A DNA stretch of 64,000 bases, taken from assembly GCA_963793265.1 (NCBI GenBank), contig CAWBZI010000005.1:224001-288000 (forward strand), in the 5' to 3' direction. The notes under the pieces are model-generated. The model saw nothing but the letters and a program-made list of their open reading frames with translations. It was not told the DNA's origin and searched no databases. Both the position numbers and the translations under genes were made by a program. Numbering within the stretch: the stretch's first letter is position 1; each line of letters starts with the position of its first letter. This document shows positions 50,169 through 60,042 of this stretch, in pieces. The DNA comes from an uncultured cyanobacterium (lineage in GTDB: Bacteria; Cyanobacteriota; Cyanobacteriia; Phormidesmidales; Phormidesmidaceae).

Positions 50169-50966
50169 GTGCAAATTCAAAAGCCAAAGCATTTGTTTTG
50201 GAAGATAGTCTTAGTGTCTTTGGCAGCGCATAGTTTGTTGCTTCTATTGCCGTGGTACAAACCGTCTGTAGATAGTGAGGTGTCAGACAGCGCCCAGGAT
50301 GCGGTAGAAACGGTTGCGGAAGAGAGTGCGATCGCTATCAGCACCCTCCCAACTTCTTCACAGTCAGGTACTCCGCCATCAAAGCCTCAATCTCAACCTG
50401 CTGCTCCGCCATCACCCACCACTGCACCACCTGTACCATCGGTTGCCGAACCGTTGCCGCAGCCTATACCGCAATCCATCCAGCCGCCAGTTCAGCCACA
50501 GCCAGTTCAACCACAGCCAGTTCAGCCACAGCCAGTTCAAGAGCTACCTATTCAGCCAACCCCCGTTGAGCAGCAAGTGATTGAGCGGCCTACTGAATCG
50601 ATAGCTTCAACACCAGATGACAGCATGGTTGTACAGCTGGGCGAGAATTTTCCTCATCTTTTAGGCGCGCAGTCCGGGTGCTACAACCTGGAAAGCTGTC
50701 ACCGGATCACAGGCGAAGGCACCCATCGGCAGGCAGCGAAAAAACTGATTGAGCAGATGCGACAGCAAAACTATCAGGTAGTTGAACGCGATGACATTGA
50801 GAGCCAGGGGCATCAGGTGTTTGCCGTTACGCCACCGCAAGAGCCTGATAAAACCTACTATCTCAACGTTTTTTCGGACAGCTTGAATAGTGCAGTCTAC
50901 GCAATCACGCTAGAGATTGTAAGCCTTGCAGAACTCAAGCAGCTCAGCGGCCAAGCGGCGCTATAA
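50169..50966 (+). CDS. Membrane-anchored proline-rich protein (TonB-like architecture)
   Basis: N-terminal TM with SxxxH (VSLAAHSLLL), Pro/Gln-rich linker, globular C-terminal domain. Confidence 0.7.
   Translation: MQIQKPKHLFWKIVLVSLAAHSLLLLLPWYKPSVDSEVSDSAQDAVETVAEESAIAISTLPTSSQSGTPPSKPQSQPAAPPSPTTAPPVPSVAEPLPQPIPQSIQPPVQPQPVQPQPVQPQPVQELPIQPTPVEQQVIERPTESIASTPDDSMVVQLGENFPHLLGAQSGCYNLESCHRITGEGTHRQAAKKLIEQMRQQNYQVVERDDIESQGHQVFAVTPPQEPDKTYYLNVFSDSLNSAVYAITLEIVSLAELKQLSGQAAL
50481..50540 (+). repeat. 15-bp coding tandem repeat (QPQPV-like, 4 units)
   Basis: cagccgccagtt cagccacagccagtt caaccacagccagtt cagccacagccagtt. Confidence 0.85.
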
Positions 50967-51031
50967 CAGTGCTTCTACTATTGCTTTAGACTATTAGGAA
51001 CGATTATCAAACGATTCCATCGCGTTAGTAT

Positions 51032-52759
51032 ATGCCTCGCCTCAGCTCTCTTACCCCTGCTCAAAAAGACGCTAAGTATGGAGCTGAACGAAGCCAGAAA
51101 TCTCGCGTTTGGGATCGACTGAGCGCTTTGCCGAATGGCTGGGCGATCGCAACCTGGATCACCGCCGCCCTAGTCTTCCTCCCAGTATTAGTCGTTGTCG
51201 GCAGCGTGTTTGCCGATGCCGGAGAAATATGGGCACATCTAGCCGATACCGTGCTGACTACGTATGTGACAAACTCGCTTCTATTAATGGTGGGCGTGGG
51301 CATAGGCGTATTAGTCATTGGCGTAGGCACTGCATGGCTGGTGACCATGTGTCAGTTTCCAGGGGCGCGCATTTTTGAGTGGGCTTTGCTGCTGCCATTA
51401 GCTGCGCCTGCTTATTTGCTGGCCTATACCTATACAGACTGGCTGGAATATTTTGGCCCGGTGCAGACGGGACTGCGATCGCTCTTCGGCTGGGAAAGCG
51501 CCACCGACTACTGGTTTCCGAACGTGCGATCTATCGGCGGGGCGATTGCGATGTTTTCGCTCACCCTCTATCCCTACGTCTACATGCTGGCCCGAGTTGC
51601 TTTTTTAGAACAGTCTGTATGTACGCTCGAAGCCAGTCGCTCATTAGGCTGCGGCCCGTGGCGAAGCTTTATAAAGGTGGCTGTTCCCCTAGCGAGGCCC
51701 GCTATTGCTGCCGGGCTTTCCTTGGCCCTCATGGAAACGCTGAACGACTTTGGCACGGTGCAGTATTTCAGCGTAGCGACCTTTACCACAGGGATTTATC
51801 GAACGTGGTTTGGTATGGGTGAGCGGGTGGCGGCAGCTCAGCTATCGGCCATGCTGATGCTATTTATTTTTGTGCTGATTCTATTAGAGCGCTGGTCGCG
51901 GCGGCAGGCCAAGTATTATCAGGCGAACAATAGCTTGCAAACGCCAACAGCTTATCGGCTCGGCTTTTTTCGCGGCTGGCTCGCGACGTTTGCCTGCGCG
52001 CTGCCGATTAGTTTAGGTCTACTTGTGCCTGGCTTGCTGCTAGGGCTTATGGTCAAAGCTAATTTAGACGATGCGTTGGATAATCGATTTGGGGAGCTAG
52101 CCAGCAATAGCCTGATCTTGGCTGGGATGACCGCAGCGATCGCCCTGGTCATTTCCCTCATCCTCGCTTACGGACAGCGGCTAGACGGCTCTGGCCCAAT
52201 TCGTTTAGGCGTACGGCTCTCAGCGATGGGCTACGGCATTCCGGGCGCGGTAATTGCGGTGGGTATTTTAATTCCGGTGACGCGGTTGGATAATGCGATC
52301 GCCAATGGTGTCAAAGCTATCTCCGGCAGTTCACCCGGTCTACTAATCAGCGGCACCATCACAGCGCTAGTGTTTGCCTACCTCGTCAGATTTCTCGCAG
52401 TCGCACTGGGCTCCGTCGAATCTGGCCTGTCAAAGATTAGGCCGAACTTGGATGATGCGGCTCGCAGCTTAGGCTATACGCCGACCAAAACGCTGATCAA
52501 GATCCACACGCCGCTAATGACGAGCAGCTTACTGACGGCAGTGATGCTGGTATTTGTAGACGTGATGAAGGAGCTGCCCGCGACCCTCGTTATGCGACCC
52601 TTTAACTTCGATACGCTGGCAGTTCGGGTTTATCAATATGCTTCAGACGAACGCTTAATTGAAGCAGCAGCCCCAGCCCTGACCATTTTGCTTGTGGGGT
52701 TGTTGCCTGTGATTGTCCTAAGCTGGCAGATTACACAAAGCCGCCGAACCAGTCGATAG
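51032..52759 (+). CDS. futB: Fe(III) ABC transporter permease
   Basis: LLLPLAAPAY, EASRSLG, METLNDFGTV, MKELPAT; two EAA-type halves; Fur-like box near 50991. Confidence 0.93.
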   Translation: MPRLSSLTPAQKDAKYGAERSQKSRVWDRLSALPNGWAIATWITAALVFLPVLVVVGSVFADAGEIWAHLADTVLTTYVTNSLLLMVGVGIGVLVIGVGTAWLVTMCQFPGARIFEWALLLPLAAPAYLLAYTYTDWLEYFGPVQTGLRSLFGWESATDYWFPNVRSIGGAIAMFSLTLYPYVYMLARVAFLEQSVCTLEASRSLGCGPWRSFIKVAVPLARPAIAAGLSLALMETLNDFGTVQYFSVATFTTGIYRTWFGMGERVAAAQLSAMLMLFIFVLILLERWSRRQAKYYQANNSLQTPTAYRLGFFRGWLATFACALPISLGLLVPGLLLGLMVKANLDDALDNRFGELASNSLILAGMTAAIALVISLILAYGQRLDGSGPIRLGVRLSAMGYGIPGAVIAVGILIPVTRLDNAIANGVKAISGSSPGLLISGTITALVFAYLVRFLAVALGSVESGLSKIRPNLDDAARSLGYTPTKTLIKIHTPLMTSSLLTAVMLVFVDVMKELPATLVMRPFNFDTLAVRVYQYASDERLIEAAAPALTILLVGLLPVIVLSWQITQSRRTSR

Positions 52760-52868
52760 CGAGCATTTAGCGATCCGCCTACGGATAGAATTTAAGCCAA
52801 GTAACAGAATATAAATAGAAGCTGATCGGCTTATGCATACGCCGATATGACCGTGTAAGTTTTTAGAT

Positions 52869-53873
52869 ATGACTAAAACTTCTCCTGCTTCCCAACAGCT
52901 TCGGCAACCGCTGCATCCGTTCAAACAGCCGCTGGCGTGGCTGCGAGCATTTTGGAAATTTTCGCGGCCTCATACAATTATTGGCACCAGCTTGAGCGCA
53001 GCGGCACTGCTTGCGATCGCCCTAGCTGAAGCCACCCAGGGCCTGACTTATCAAGGGCAAATCAGTTTTCCACTTGTCATTAGCTCGTGGCTCATCGCCT
53101 GGATAGCTTGCCTGTGTGGCAACGTCTATATCGTGGGCCTTAACCAAGTAGAAGATATTGCCATTGATCGCATTAACAAGCCTGAGCTACCGATTGCGTC
53201 AGGTGAGTTTACCAAAGATCATGCGCAACGGTTGGTATGGCTGATGGGTGGGATTGCGATCGCACTAGCGCTCATTTCTCAAAACATCTACCTCATCCTC
53301 ACCGTGGGCCTGAGCCTGATTATCGGCACGGCCTACTCACTGCCACCTGTACGGCTCAAGCGTTTTCCCTTTTGGGCGTCGGTCTGCATTTTGACCGTGA
53401 GAGGGGCGATCGTAAACTTGGGGTTGTATCTATACTTTGCAACTCAGTTTGGACTATCTGCAGGTGTGCCTGCTCGGGTGTGGGCGCTGACATTGTTTGT
53501 GTTGGTGTTTAGTTTCGCGATCGCTATATTCAAAGACATTCCAGATCTAGAAGGCGATCGCCAGTTCAACATCTCTACCTATACGCTCAAATTAGGCCGC
53601 AAAAAAGTGTTCAGCCTAGCGCGCTGGGTGCTCACCGCCTGCTATGTCGGCCTGATGGTAGCTGCGCCCTTTCTACCCGGCGTTCAGCCACTCTTTTTAA
53701 TCATTGCACAAGGTCTTGGCATTCTATCTTTTTGGTGGCTTAGCCGCCGCGTCGATCTCGATTCTTCTTCCGGCAAAAAAGATATCTCCTATCCCGATTT
53801 CTATCAGTTTATTTGGAAGCTGTTCTTTGTGGAATACTTCATTTTTCCGTTAGCTTGCTGGCTTGCAACCTAG
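52869..53873 (+). CDS. hpt: Homogentisate phytyltransferase (tocopherol biosynthesis)
   Basis: FSRPHTIIGT, NVYIVGLNQVEDIAIDRINKP, KDIPDLEGD, FYQFIWKLFF. Confidence 0.95.
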   Translation: MTKTSPASQQLRQPLHPFKQPLAWLRAFWKFSRPHTIIGTSLSAAALLAIALAEATQGLTYQGQISFPLVISSWLIAWIACLCGNVYIVGLNQVEDIAIDRINKPELPIASGEFTKDHAQRLVWLMGGIAIALALISQNIYLILTVGLSLIIGTAYSLPPVRLKRFPFWASVCILTVRGAIVNLGLYLYFATQFGLSAGVPARVWALTLFVLVFSFAIAIFKDIPDLEGDRQFNISTYTLKLGRKKVFSLARWVLTACYVGLMVAAPFLPGVQPLFLIIAQGLGILSFWWLSRRVDLDSSSGKKDISYPDFYQFIWKLFFVEYFIFPLACWLAT

Positions 53874-54053
53874 CGTCAAAAGCCAGGATAAAAAATCGGC
53901 ACAATTGAATAGTAGAAAGGCTTCGTAGCGACTATTGTTGATGTGAATAGACACGGGATTCTTGATATGAGGCCGGGCAATCTGGAATTATGTCCCCGTG
54001 CAATGTTGGTACAGGGTGACTCTACCGTTGATTTTACTTAGCTAGCGCTACTT

Positions 54054-54365
54054 ATGGATCCTATTGAAGAGATGGAAGAAAAGCTTCGCCGCCGCGAGCA
54101 AGACCTAGAGGCCCGTGAGCTTAAGGCCCGGCTGAAAGAGATTGAGCAGGACTTAGACGAAATACCCGTCACGCCTACAGCCAAAGAAGCGACGGGTGGT
54201 AAAAAGCCGCGCGGCCTCTCACAAAAGGCAAGCGACGTAGCCAAGTTTGTTCTAATGGTTTTTAGCGTCATAGTTGCTATTAGGATTGCTCACTGGGTTG
54301 GTATGGCGATTATCATCACAGGCGTCGTTTGGGTGGCCTACAAAATATTCTTAGAAGACAAGTAA
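54054..54365 (+). CDS. Small coiled-coil plus TM-hairpin membrane protein
   Basis: Charged heptads followed by a hydrophobic C-terminus; 46 bp upstream of the first dynamin gene. Confidence 0.75.
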   Translation: MDPIEEMEEKLRRREQDLEARELKARLKEIEQDLDEIPVTPTAKEATGGKKPRGLSQKASDVAKFVLMVFSVIVAIRIAHWVGMAIIITGVVWVAYKIFLEDK

Positions 54366-54411
54366 ACGCAACTGACCTAACGTTCAATCACTTTTATTAT
54401 TTTCTCTCTTT

Positions 54412-56499
54412 ATGTCTTCTCCTCAGCCAACCAACTTCTTCAATGACCTAGATCGCGTTGCCAAGGTGCGTCATCAAATGGCAGACGATCTAGCCACCAT
54501 GGTAGAAATCGTCACCGATTCAGAGGCAGTAGGCGCTGAGCAGTCAGGTCAAATGGGGCTCACGCAAACCATTGAAGACATGGAGAGCGCGAGTAGAAAC
54601 TTGCGGCAGGGCGTGTTTCGGCTGCTGGTGCTAGGCGACATGAAACGCGGTAAAAGTACTTTCCTTAATGCGCTAGTAGGAGAGAACTTATTGCCTAGTG
54701 ACGTTAATCCCTGCACGGCACTGCTGACTATTTTGCGGTACGGCCCTGAGAAGAAGATTACTGTTCATTTTCTAGACAATAAAGCGCCTGAGACACTGGA
54801 CTTTGTGACCTTCAAGCAGCGCTATACTATCGATCCCGCAGAGGCAAAGCGGTTAGAAGAGAAAGAAGAGCTGGCGTTTCCAAATGTGAGCCATGCGGTC
54901 GCTGAGTATCCGCTACCGCTATTAGAGAAAGGCGTGGAGATTGTTGATAGTCCTGGGCTAAACGATACAGAAGCTCGGAATGCGCTTTCTTTAGGCTATA
55001 TCAATAGCTGTCACGCTATTTTGTTTGTACTTAGGGCAACGCAGCCTTGCACACTTGCCGAGCGGCGCTATCTAGAGACTTATATTAAAGGGCGTGGCCT
55101 GTCGGTATTCTTTTTGATCAACGCTTGGGATCAGGTGAAAGAGAGTTTGCTTGATCCAGAGGATGAGGCTGAGGTGGCTGAGGCTGAGGCGAAGCTGCAT
55201 AAGCTGTTTCGGACGCATTTGGAAGAGTATTGTCGGATAGATGGTGTAGATTGCTATCCCGAAAGAGTGTTTGCGATTTCGGCTTTGCAGGCTTTGAGGC
55301 AGCGGATGAAGTCGCCGGATGCGAGTTTGGAAGAGAGCTTAGCGGGTACGGGGCTGGGGCCGTTTGTGCAGTCGCTTAATCTGTTTTTGACACAGGAGCG
55401 GGCGATCGCTGAACTGCGACAGGCCAGAACGTTAGGCCGAGAAACACGTGATCGCTTTCAAGAGGCAGTCGCTCGCCGTGTGCCTTTGCTCAATCAGGGC
55501 GTGGATGAGCTGAAGCAGCGGATTGAGTCGGTTGCCCCTGAGTTTGAGCAGTTAGGGAGTATTCGCGATCGCTTCCGGGATGACATTAGAGAAATGCGCG
55601 ATCGCAAAGCTCACACGATTGCAACCTCACTTAAAACCTATCTCTACAAGCTAGAAGACACGTTTGAAGAAGACTTTTTGCGCTATCAGCCCGAGCTGGG
55701 ATTAAGCGACTTCATTTCTAGTCAGGGCAGAGAGGCATTTGCAAGCAAGCTCAAAAAAGCCTTTGAACAGTATGCAAACGTGATGTTTTTTCGCTGGGTG
55801 AAAACAGCCGAAGCGGAAATGAAAGAATCCTTTGTAGAGCTTTCTAAAGAAGCAGAACAGTACGGCGCATCCTACCAAAAGATTACGGAGCGCATGACTG
55901 AAAAGCTGACTGGGAATATGCGTATAGACATGCCTAAGCTCAGCGGTGATGATGAGTCTTCGCCTAGCTGGGTGAAGTGGGCGATGGGCCTGATGTTTTT
56001 ATCAACCGGCAACGTGGCGGGCGTAGCAATGACGGCTGTCGGATTTGACTGGCAGAGTATTTTTATCAATATTTTAGCGGTAAGCAGCCTGACGATTGCG
56101 GCCTCTACACTTTTGGGCATCGCGTTAGGGCCAATCGTGCTGATTATTGCGAGCTTTGGCTTTGGCGCTTTGCAGATAGATCGCGCTCGTAAGGAGCTGA
56201 CAAAGGCGATGAAGAAAGAGCTGGTGAAGCACTTGCCTAAGCTGGCCGAGCAGCAACAGCAGCCTGTGTATGAAGGGGTGCAGGGGTGCTTTGATAGGTA
56301 TGAGCAGCAGGTGATGGAGCGGATTGAACAGGATATTAGCGATCGCAAAGCTGAGCTAGACAATCTGCTGGCTCAAAAAGAATCTCGTGAAATTGATCGC
56401 GATGCTGAAGTGGCTCGATTGCAAAGCGCTGATGCTGGCATTAAAGCGGCTAGCGATCGCATAGACTCCGCTTATCAACAGGCGCTCAGCATTTCATAG
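54412..56499 (+). CDS. Bacterial dynamin-like protein (BDLP1-type)
   Basis: GDMKRGKST (G1), DSPG (G3), NAWD (G4), hydrophobic paddle, helical stalk. Confidence 0.95.
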   Translation: MSSPQPTNFFNDLDRVAKVRHQMADDLATMVEIVTDSEAVGAEQSGQMGLTQTIEDMESASRNLRQGVFRLLVLGDMKRGKSTFLNALVGENLLPSDVNPCTALLTILRYGPEKKITVHFLDNKAPETLDFVTFKQRYTIDPAEAKRLEEKEELAFPNVSHAVAEYPLPLLEKGVEIVDSPGLNDTEARNALSLGYINSCHAILFVLRATQPCTLAERRYLETYIKGRGLSVFFLINAWDQVKESLLDPEDEAEVAEAEAKLHKLFRTHLEEYCRIDGVDCYPERVFAISALQALRQRMKSPDASLEESLAGTGLGPFVQSLNLFLTQERAIAELRQARTLGRETRDRFQEAVARRVPLLNQGVDELKQRIESVAPEFEQLGSIRDRFRDDIREMRDRKAHTIATSLKTYLYKLEDTFEEDFLRYQPELGLSDFISSQGREAFASKLKKAFEQYANVMFFRWVKTAEAEMKESFVELSKEAEQYGASYQKITERMTEKLTGNMRIDMPKLSGDDESSPSWVKWAMGLMFLSTGNVAGVAMTAVGFDWQSIFINILAVSSLTIAASTLLGIALGPIVLIIASFGFGALQIDRARKELTKAMKKELVKHLPKLAEQQQQPVYEGVQGCFDRYEQQVMERIEQDISDRKAELDNLLAQKESREIDRDAEVARLQSADAGIKAASDRIDSAYQQALSIS

Positions 56500-56505
56500 A
56501 AGCAG

Positions 56506-58155
56506 ATGAATTCTTTACAAGATCGGTTACTACTGGCTTTACAGCGCTCAGTCGGACTATTAGATGAGTCTCATGCTGCCCTGCGAACTGAAACAATTGA
56601 GTACTGCGATCGCCTCCAAAACCCCACTTACCGAATCGCCGTCTTCGGCCCCTTCAACTACGGTAAATCCACCCTGCTAAACGCCTTGCTTGGTGAGAAA
56701 ACCCTGCCGATGGATTTGGTGCCGACAACCGGGGCCGCGATTACCGTGAAATATGGTGCTGAGCACCGAACTTGTGTCACGTATGTAGATGGCTCTGTGC
56801 AACAAGAAGACGGCGTTGAAGCGCTACAGCAGTTTGCAGTGCTAGATGAACAGCGGCAAATGCGAGCAGATGTGACGGAGGTTGTGGTGCATTGCCCTCA
56901 TCCCTTGCTGAAGATGGGGTTGGAGCTGGTGGACTTGCCGGGCACTGATGACCAGCAAGCGCAGAATGATTTGGTGCAAGCGCAGTTACTTAGTACTGAT
57001 CTGGTGATTCAGGTGCTAGACGGGCGCAAGCTGATGACTTTGGCGGAAAGAGAGAATTTGCGCGATTGGCTGCTAGATCGCGGCATTAATACGGTTATTT
57101 TTGTGGTGAACTTTTTGAACCTGATGGAGGCGGGCGATCGCCAACAAGTCTCCTCGCGCTTAAGGTTCCTCAGTGAGAGCTTTCGAGCCAGTTTGCCTTC
57201 TGGGGTGAGCAATCTCTATCAGGTAGATGCGCTACCTGCCCTACGCGCTAGGCTGAAAGGAGACATGGCAGCAGCTACGCAAACTGGACTGCCCGCGCTA
57301 GAATCTGCGCTGCAAACGATTGGTCAACAGGTGGATAAAGGACGCCCGCCTGAGCAGACTTTGCCACGAATGAAGGCACTTGCGGTTCGTTTGAGGCCAG
57401 CGTTGCAGCAACAGATTGAGAAGCTGAGCGTAGTAGAGGCTGATTCGGCAGATGTACAGCGGATTGCGATTAAAGAGAAAGCGCGATCGCTCATACAACA
57501 AGGTTTTGATCGAGACGTTGCAAAGCTACAAAGCTGGCTCGCTCCCAAGAACTTACAGGCTCACTATCGGCTCGATCTGGCTCAGGCGCTAAAAACAAAA
57601 ACAACTCAGGACTGGCTGGTGCAAGCCTTGAAGCCTGCCTGGTATGAGCGCCAAAGGCCGATTGTAAACTGGGTGCATCAAGCTTGTGACTTTTTTGAGC
57701 GCGATCGTCCACCCGAACTCTGGATGGCTTTTTCAGCAGGGCCTGAAGTCGCTGAGCCGGTAGCGGCTGAGGTCGTAGAAAACAGGCGCGATCCAGATAT
57801 GGCTCCGGTAGCGATCGCCACCGGCTTAGGCTGGGTGCTTGGTGGCCCTTTAGGCGCAGCCGTGTTTGGTAGTACTAGCCATCTAATTAATAAAGGCGGT
57901 CGTAAAAAGCAAACGGTTTTGACGCCTGAACCGATTGACTTTCAAGCCCAGGCAGATGTTTATCTCGATAGGTTCAGTGTGGAGGCTTTGGAGGCGATCG
58001 CTACTTACAAACAAACAGCACAACCCACCATTCAAACAAAACTATCACCGCCTATCACAACACCCTCGCCCGCTAAGATAGCGCAGATAAATCTGTTAAA
58101 AACAACCGCCGAAGAACTCTCACAGCTTATTGAAGAGAGTCCTTCCTTTGACTAG
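56506..58155 (+). CDS. Second dynamin-like GTPase
   Basis: GPFNYGKST, PTT, DLPG, Gly-rich hydrophobic hairpin ATGLGWVLGGPLGAAVFG. Confidence 0.9.
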   Translation: MNSLQDRLLLALQRSVGLLDESHAALRTETIEYCDRLQNPTYRIAVFGPFNYGKSTLLNALLGEKTLPMDLVPTTGAAITVKYGAEHRTCVTYVDGSVQQEDGVEALQQFAVLDEQRQMRADVTEVVVHCPHPLLKMGLELVDLPGTDDQQAQNDLVQAQLLSTDLVIQVLDGRKLMTLAERENLRDWLLDRGINTVIFVVNFLNLMEAGDRQQVSSRLRFLSESFRASLPSGVSNLYQVDALPALRARLKGDMAAATQTGLPALESALQTIGQQVDKGRPPEQTLPRMKALAVRLRPALQQQIEKLSVVEADSADVQRIAIKEKARSLIQQGFDRDVAKLQSWLAPKNLQAHYRLDLAQALKTKTTQDWLVQALKPAWYERQRPIVNWVHQACDFFERDRPPELWMAFSAGPEVAEPVAAEVVENRRDPDMAPVAIATGLGWVLGGPLGAAVFGSTSHLINKGGRKKQTVLTPEPIDFQAQADVYLDRFSVEALEAIATYKQTAQPTIQTKLSPPITTPSPAKIAQINLLKTTAEELSQLIEESPSFD

Positions 58156-59062
58156 CGCTCCCACCACTTAGAACTGTTCTCAACCCGACTAAAATCAGCC
58201 CCATACTCACAATCATCCAGGGCGTAACCGGCTCTTGAAAAAATAGCCAGGCTAGCAGTGCGACCCACACTGGCACACCGCCATAAACAATACTGGTCGA
58301 TTTTGTCGGCCCGATTCGCTGAGTGCTAATAGTGAACAACAGATAGCCAATGCCCGATGCGCCGATGCCCATATAAAGTACGCCTAAAATAGATTCCCAT
58401 GATAGGCTAGGCCATCCAGCTTGCAATAGTTCGGGAATGACTAACAAAGAGAGCTGTATGACGCCTGCGATCGCACCATAGTAGCTCATCGCTATGCCGC
58501 TATATCGTTTGCCTAAGTGCCGTAGCAAAATGGAATAGCAGGCCCAGCACAGCACAGCGCATAGCATGAGAATGTCGCCTGCATTGAACTGGAGCTGTAG
58601 CAGGGTAGATAGGTTGCCGTCAGTGAGGAGTACGAGGACGCCGAGGATGGCAATCGCACCCCCTAAATAATTTCTCAGCGCCAAAGTCTCTTTAAGTATC
58701 ACCGTTGCCAAAAAGCCGGTAACCACTGGATTGAAAGCATTGATAATCGCGGAATTCGCGACCGCCGTGTAGCGCAAGCTAGAGAAGAAAAAGAAGTGGT
58801 AGCCGACTACGCCGAAGGTGCCCAACAGAAACAAACATACTTTGTCGAAAGCAGAGGCTTTGTCAATACGCGAGCCGATGTCGCCCCTTTGCCAAACTAA
58901 GCACTGTAGAAAAACGGTCGCAATCACGTAGCGCAGTAGCGTAATTAATAACGGCCCCATTTCGCCAGTCGTGTATTTTCCTGCAACGAAGCTGCCCGCA
59001 AATAGTAAGCTAGTCAGCACAGCGAGTAGGCTTTGTCGCCAGATATTACTTTGAGCGGTCAT
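58127..59062 (-). CDS. DMT/EamA family transporter
   Basis: About 10 TM helices in two EamA repeats. Confidence 0.92.
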   Translation of the reverse strand: MTAQSNIWRQSLLAVLTSLLFAGSFVAGKYTTGEMGPLLITLLRYVIATVFLQCLVWQRGDIGSRIDKASAFDKVCLFLLGTFGVVGYHFFFFSSLRYTAVANSAIINAFNPVVTGFLATVILKETLALRNYLGGAIAILGVLVLLTDGNLSTLLQLQFNAGDILMLCAVLCWACYSILLRHLGKRYSGIAMSYYGAIAGVIQLSLLVIPELLQAGWPSLSWESILGVLYMGIGASGIGYLLFTISTQRIGPTKSTSIVYGGVPVWVALLAWLFFQEPVTPWMIVSMGLILVGLRTVLSGGSASQRKDSLQ

Positions 59063-59122
59063 GCTTGATCCTGTCTGTGCGTTAAGGGCTCAGTCCATCA
59101 TACGTTTGCGGCCTCACACACC

Positions 59123-59932
59123 ATGAATCCAATTGCGATCGCGATATTTGATATTGATGGCGTCGTCCGAGACGTGGGCGGCTCATACCGTCGGGCCATT
59201 TCCGATACGGTAGAGCACTACACCAGCGGTCAATATCGCCCGAGCGTTGAGGATATTGATCGGCTCAAAAGTGAGGGCATCTGGAATAACGACTGGCGAG
59301 CCTCAGAAGTGATGATTCAGCGATATTGCGAGCAGCAGGGCCAGCCCAAACCCGACACAAGCTACGAAGAGATTGTTGATTACTTTCAAAAGCAATATCG
59401 CGGCCCTGATACAGAAGACCCTGAGCAGTGGACGGGCTATATTGCCAGCGAGCCTTTGCTGCTTGACGAATCGTATTTGCGATCGCTCTCCGATTCCGGG
59501 CTACCCTACGCATTCTTCAGCGGTGCCACACAAGGATCGGCTAATTTCGTGCTTCAGCGGCGGGTAGGATTAACCGCGCCAATTTTGATTGCGATGGAAG
59601 ATGCGCCGAGTAAGCCCGATCCGACAGGGTTGATAATGGCGGTGCGGCTAGTAGAAGCACAGCTAGAGGAGCAGCTAGAAAAGCAGCCTAATACTGAGCG
59701 GTTATCCGTGGTGTACGCAGGCGATACGGCGGCTGATATGAAAACGATTGTTGCCGCAAAAGCGCAGTTTCCTGAACGTAAATGGTTAGCGATTGGGGTT
59801 TTGCCGCCTCATGCTCAGCAAACTGAGGCATATAAGCAGGCATACGCTGAGAAGCTGAAAGTGGCTGGGGCGATCGCAGTATTAGATAGCGTTCAGCAGC
59901 TAACGGCTGAGCTGATTGCACCTTATATTTAG
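59123..59932 (+). CDS. HAD hydrolase, TIGR01548 family
   Basis: FDIDGVVRDV, WNNDW, KPDPTG, GDT..D. Confidence 0.9.
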   Translation: MNPIAIAIFDIDGVVRDVGGSYRRAISDTVEHYTSGQYRPSVEDIDRLKSEGIWNNDWRASEVMIQRYCEQQGQPKPDTSYEEIVDYFQKQYRGPDTEDPEQWTGYIASEPLLLDESYLRSLSDSGLPYAFFSGATQGSANFVLQRRVGLTAPILIAMEDAPSKPDPTGLIMAVRLVEAQLEEQLEKQPNTERLSVVYAGDTAADMKTIVAAKAQFPERKWLAIGVLPPHAQQTEAYKQAYAEKLKVAGAIAVLDSVQQLTAELIAPYI

Positions 59933-60042
59933 ACCTTTTGTAGTTCCTCAGTCCATCAGCTTAAGTGAATATGTACGCTGCGTATGGGCATTCTGGAGCG
60001 AAGGATTAGGACACGCGCTTTGTGGGTGCGGAGTAGTTTTAG

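Noticed and set aside
53940..54005. Possible riboswitch or hairpin (CACGGG...CCCGTG) upstream of the dynamin module
   Set aside because: Only a short stem and no recognisable aptamer consensus.
55872..56363. 163-aa minus-strand ORF inside the dynamin gene
   Set aside because: Antisense in-register shadow with no independent features.
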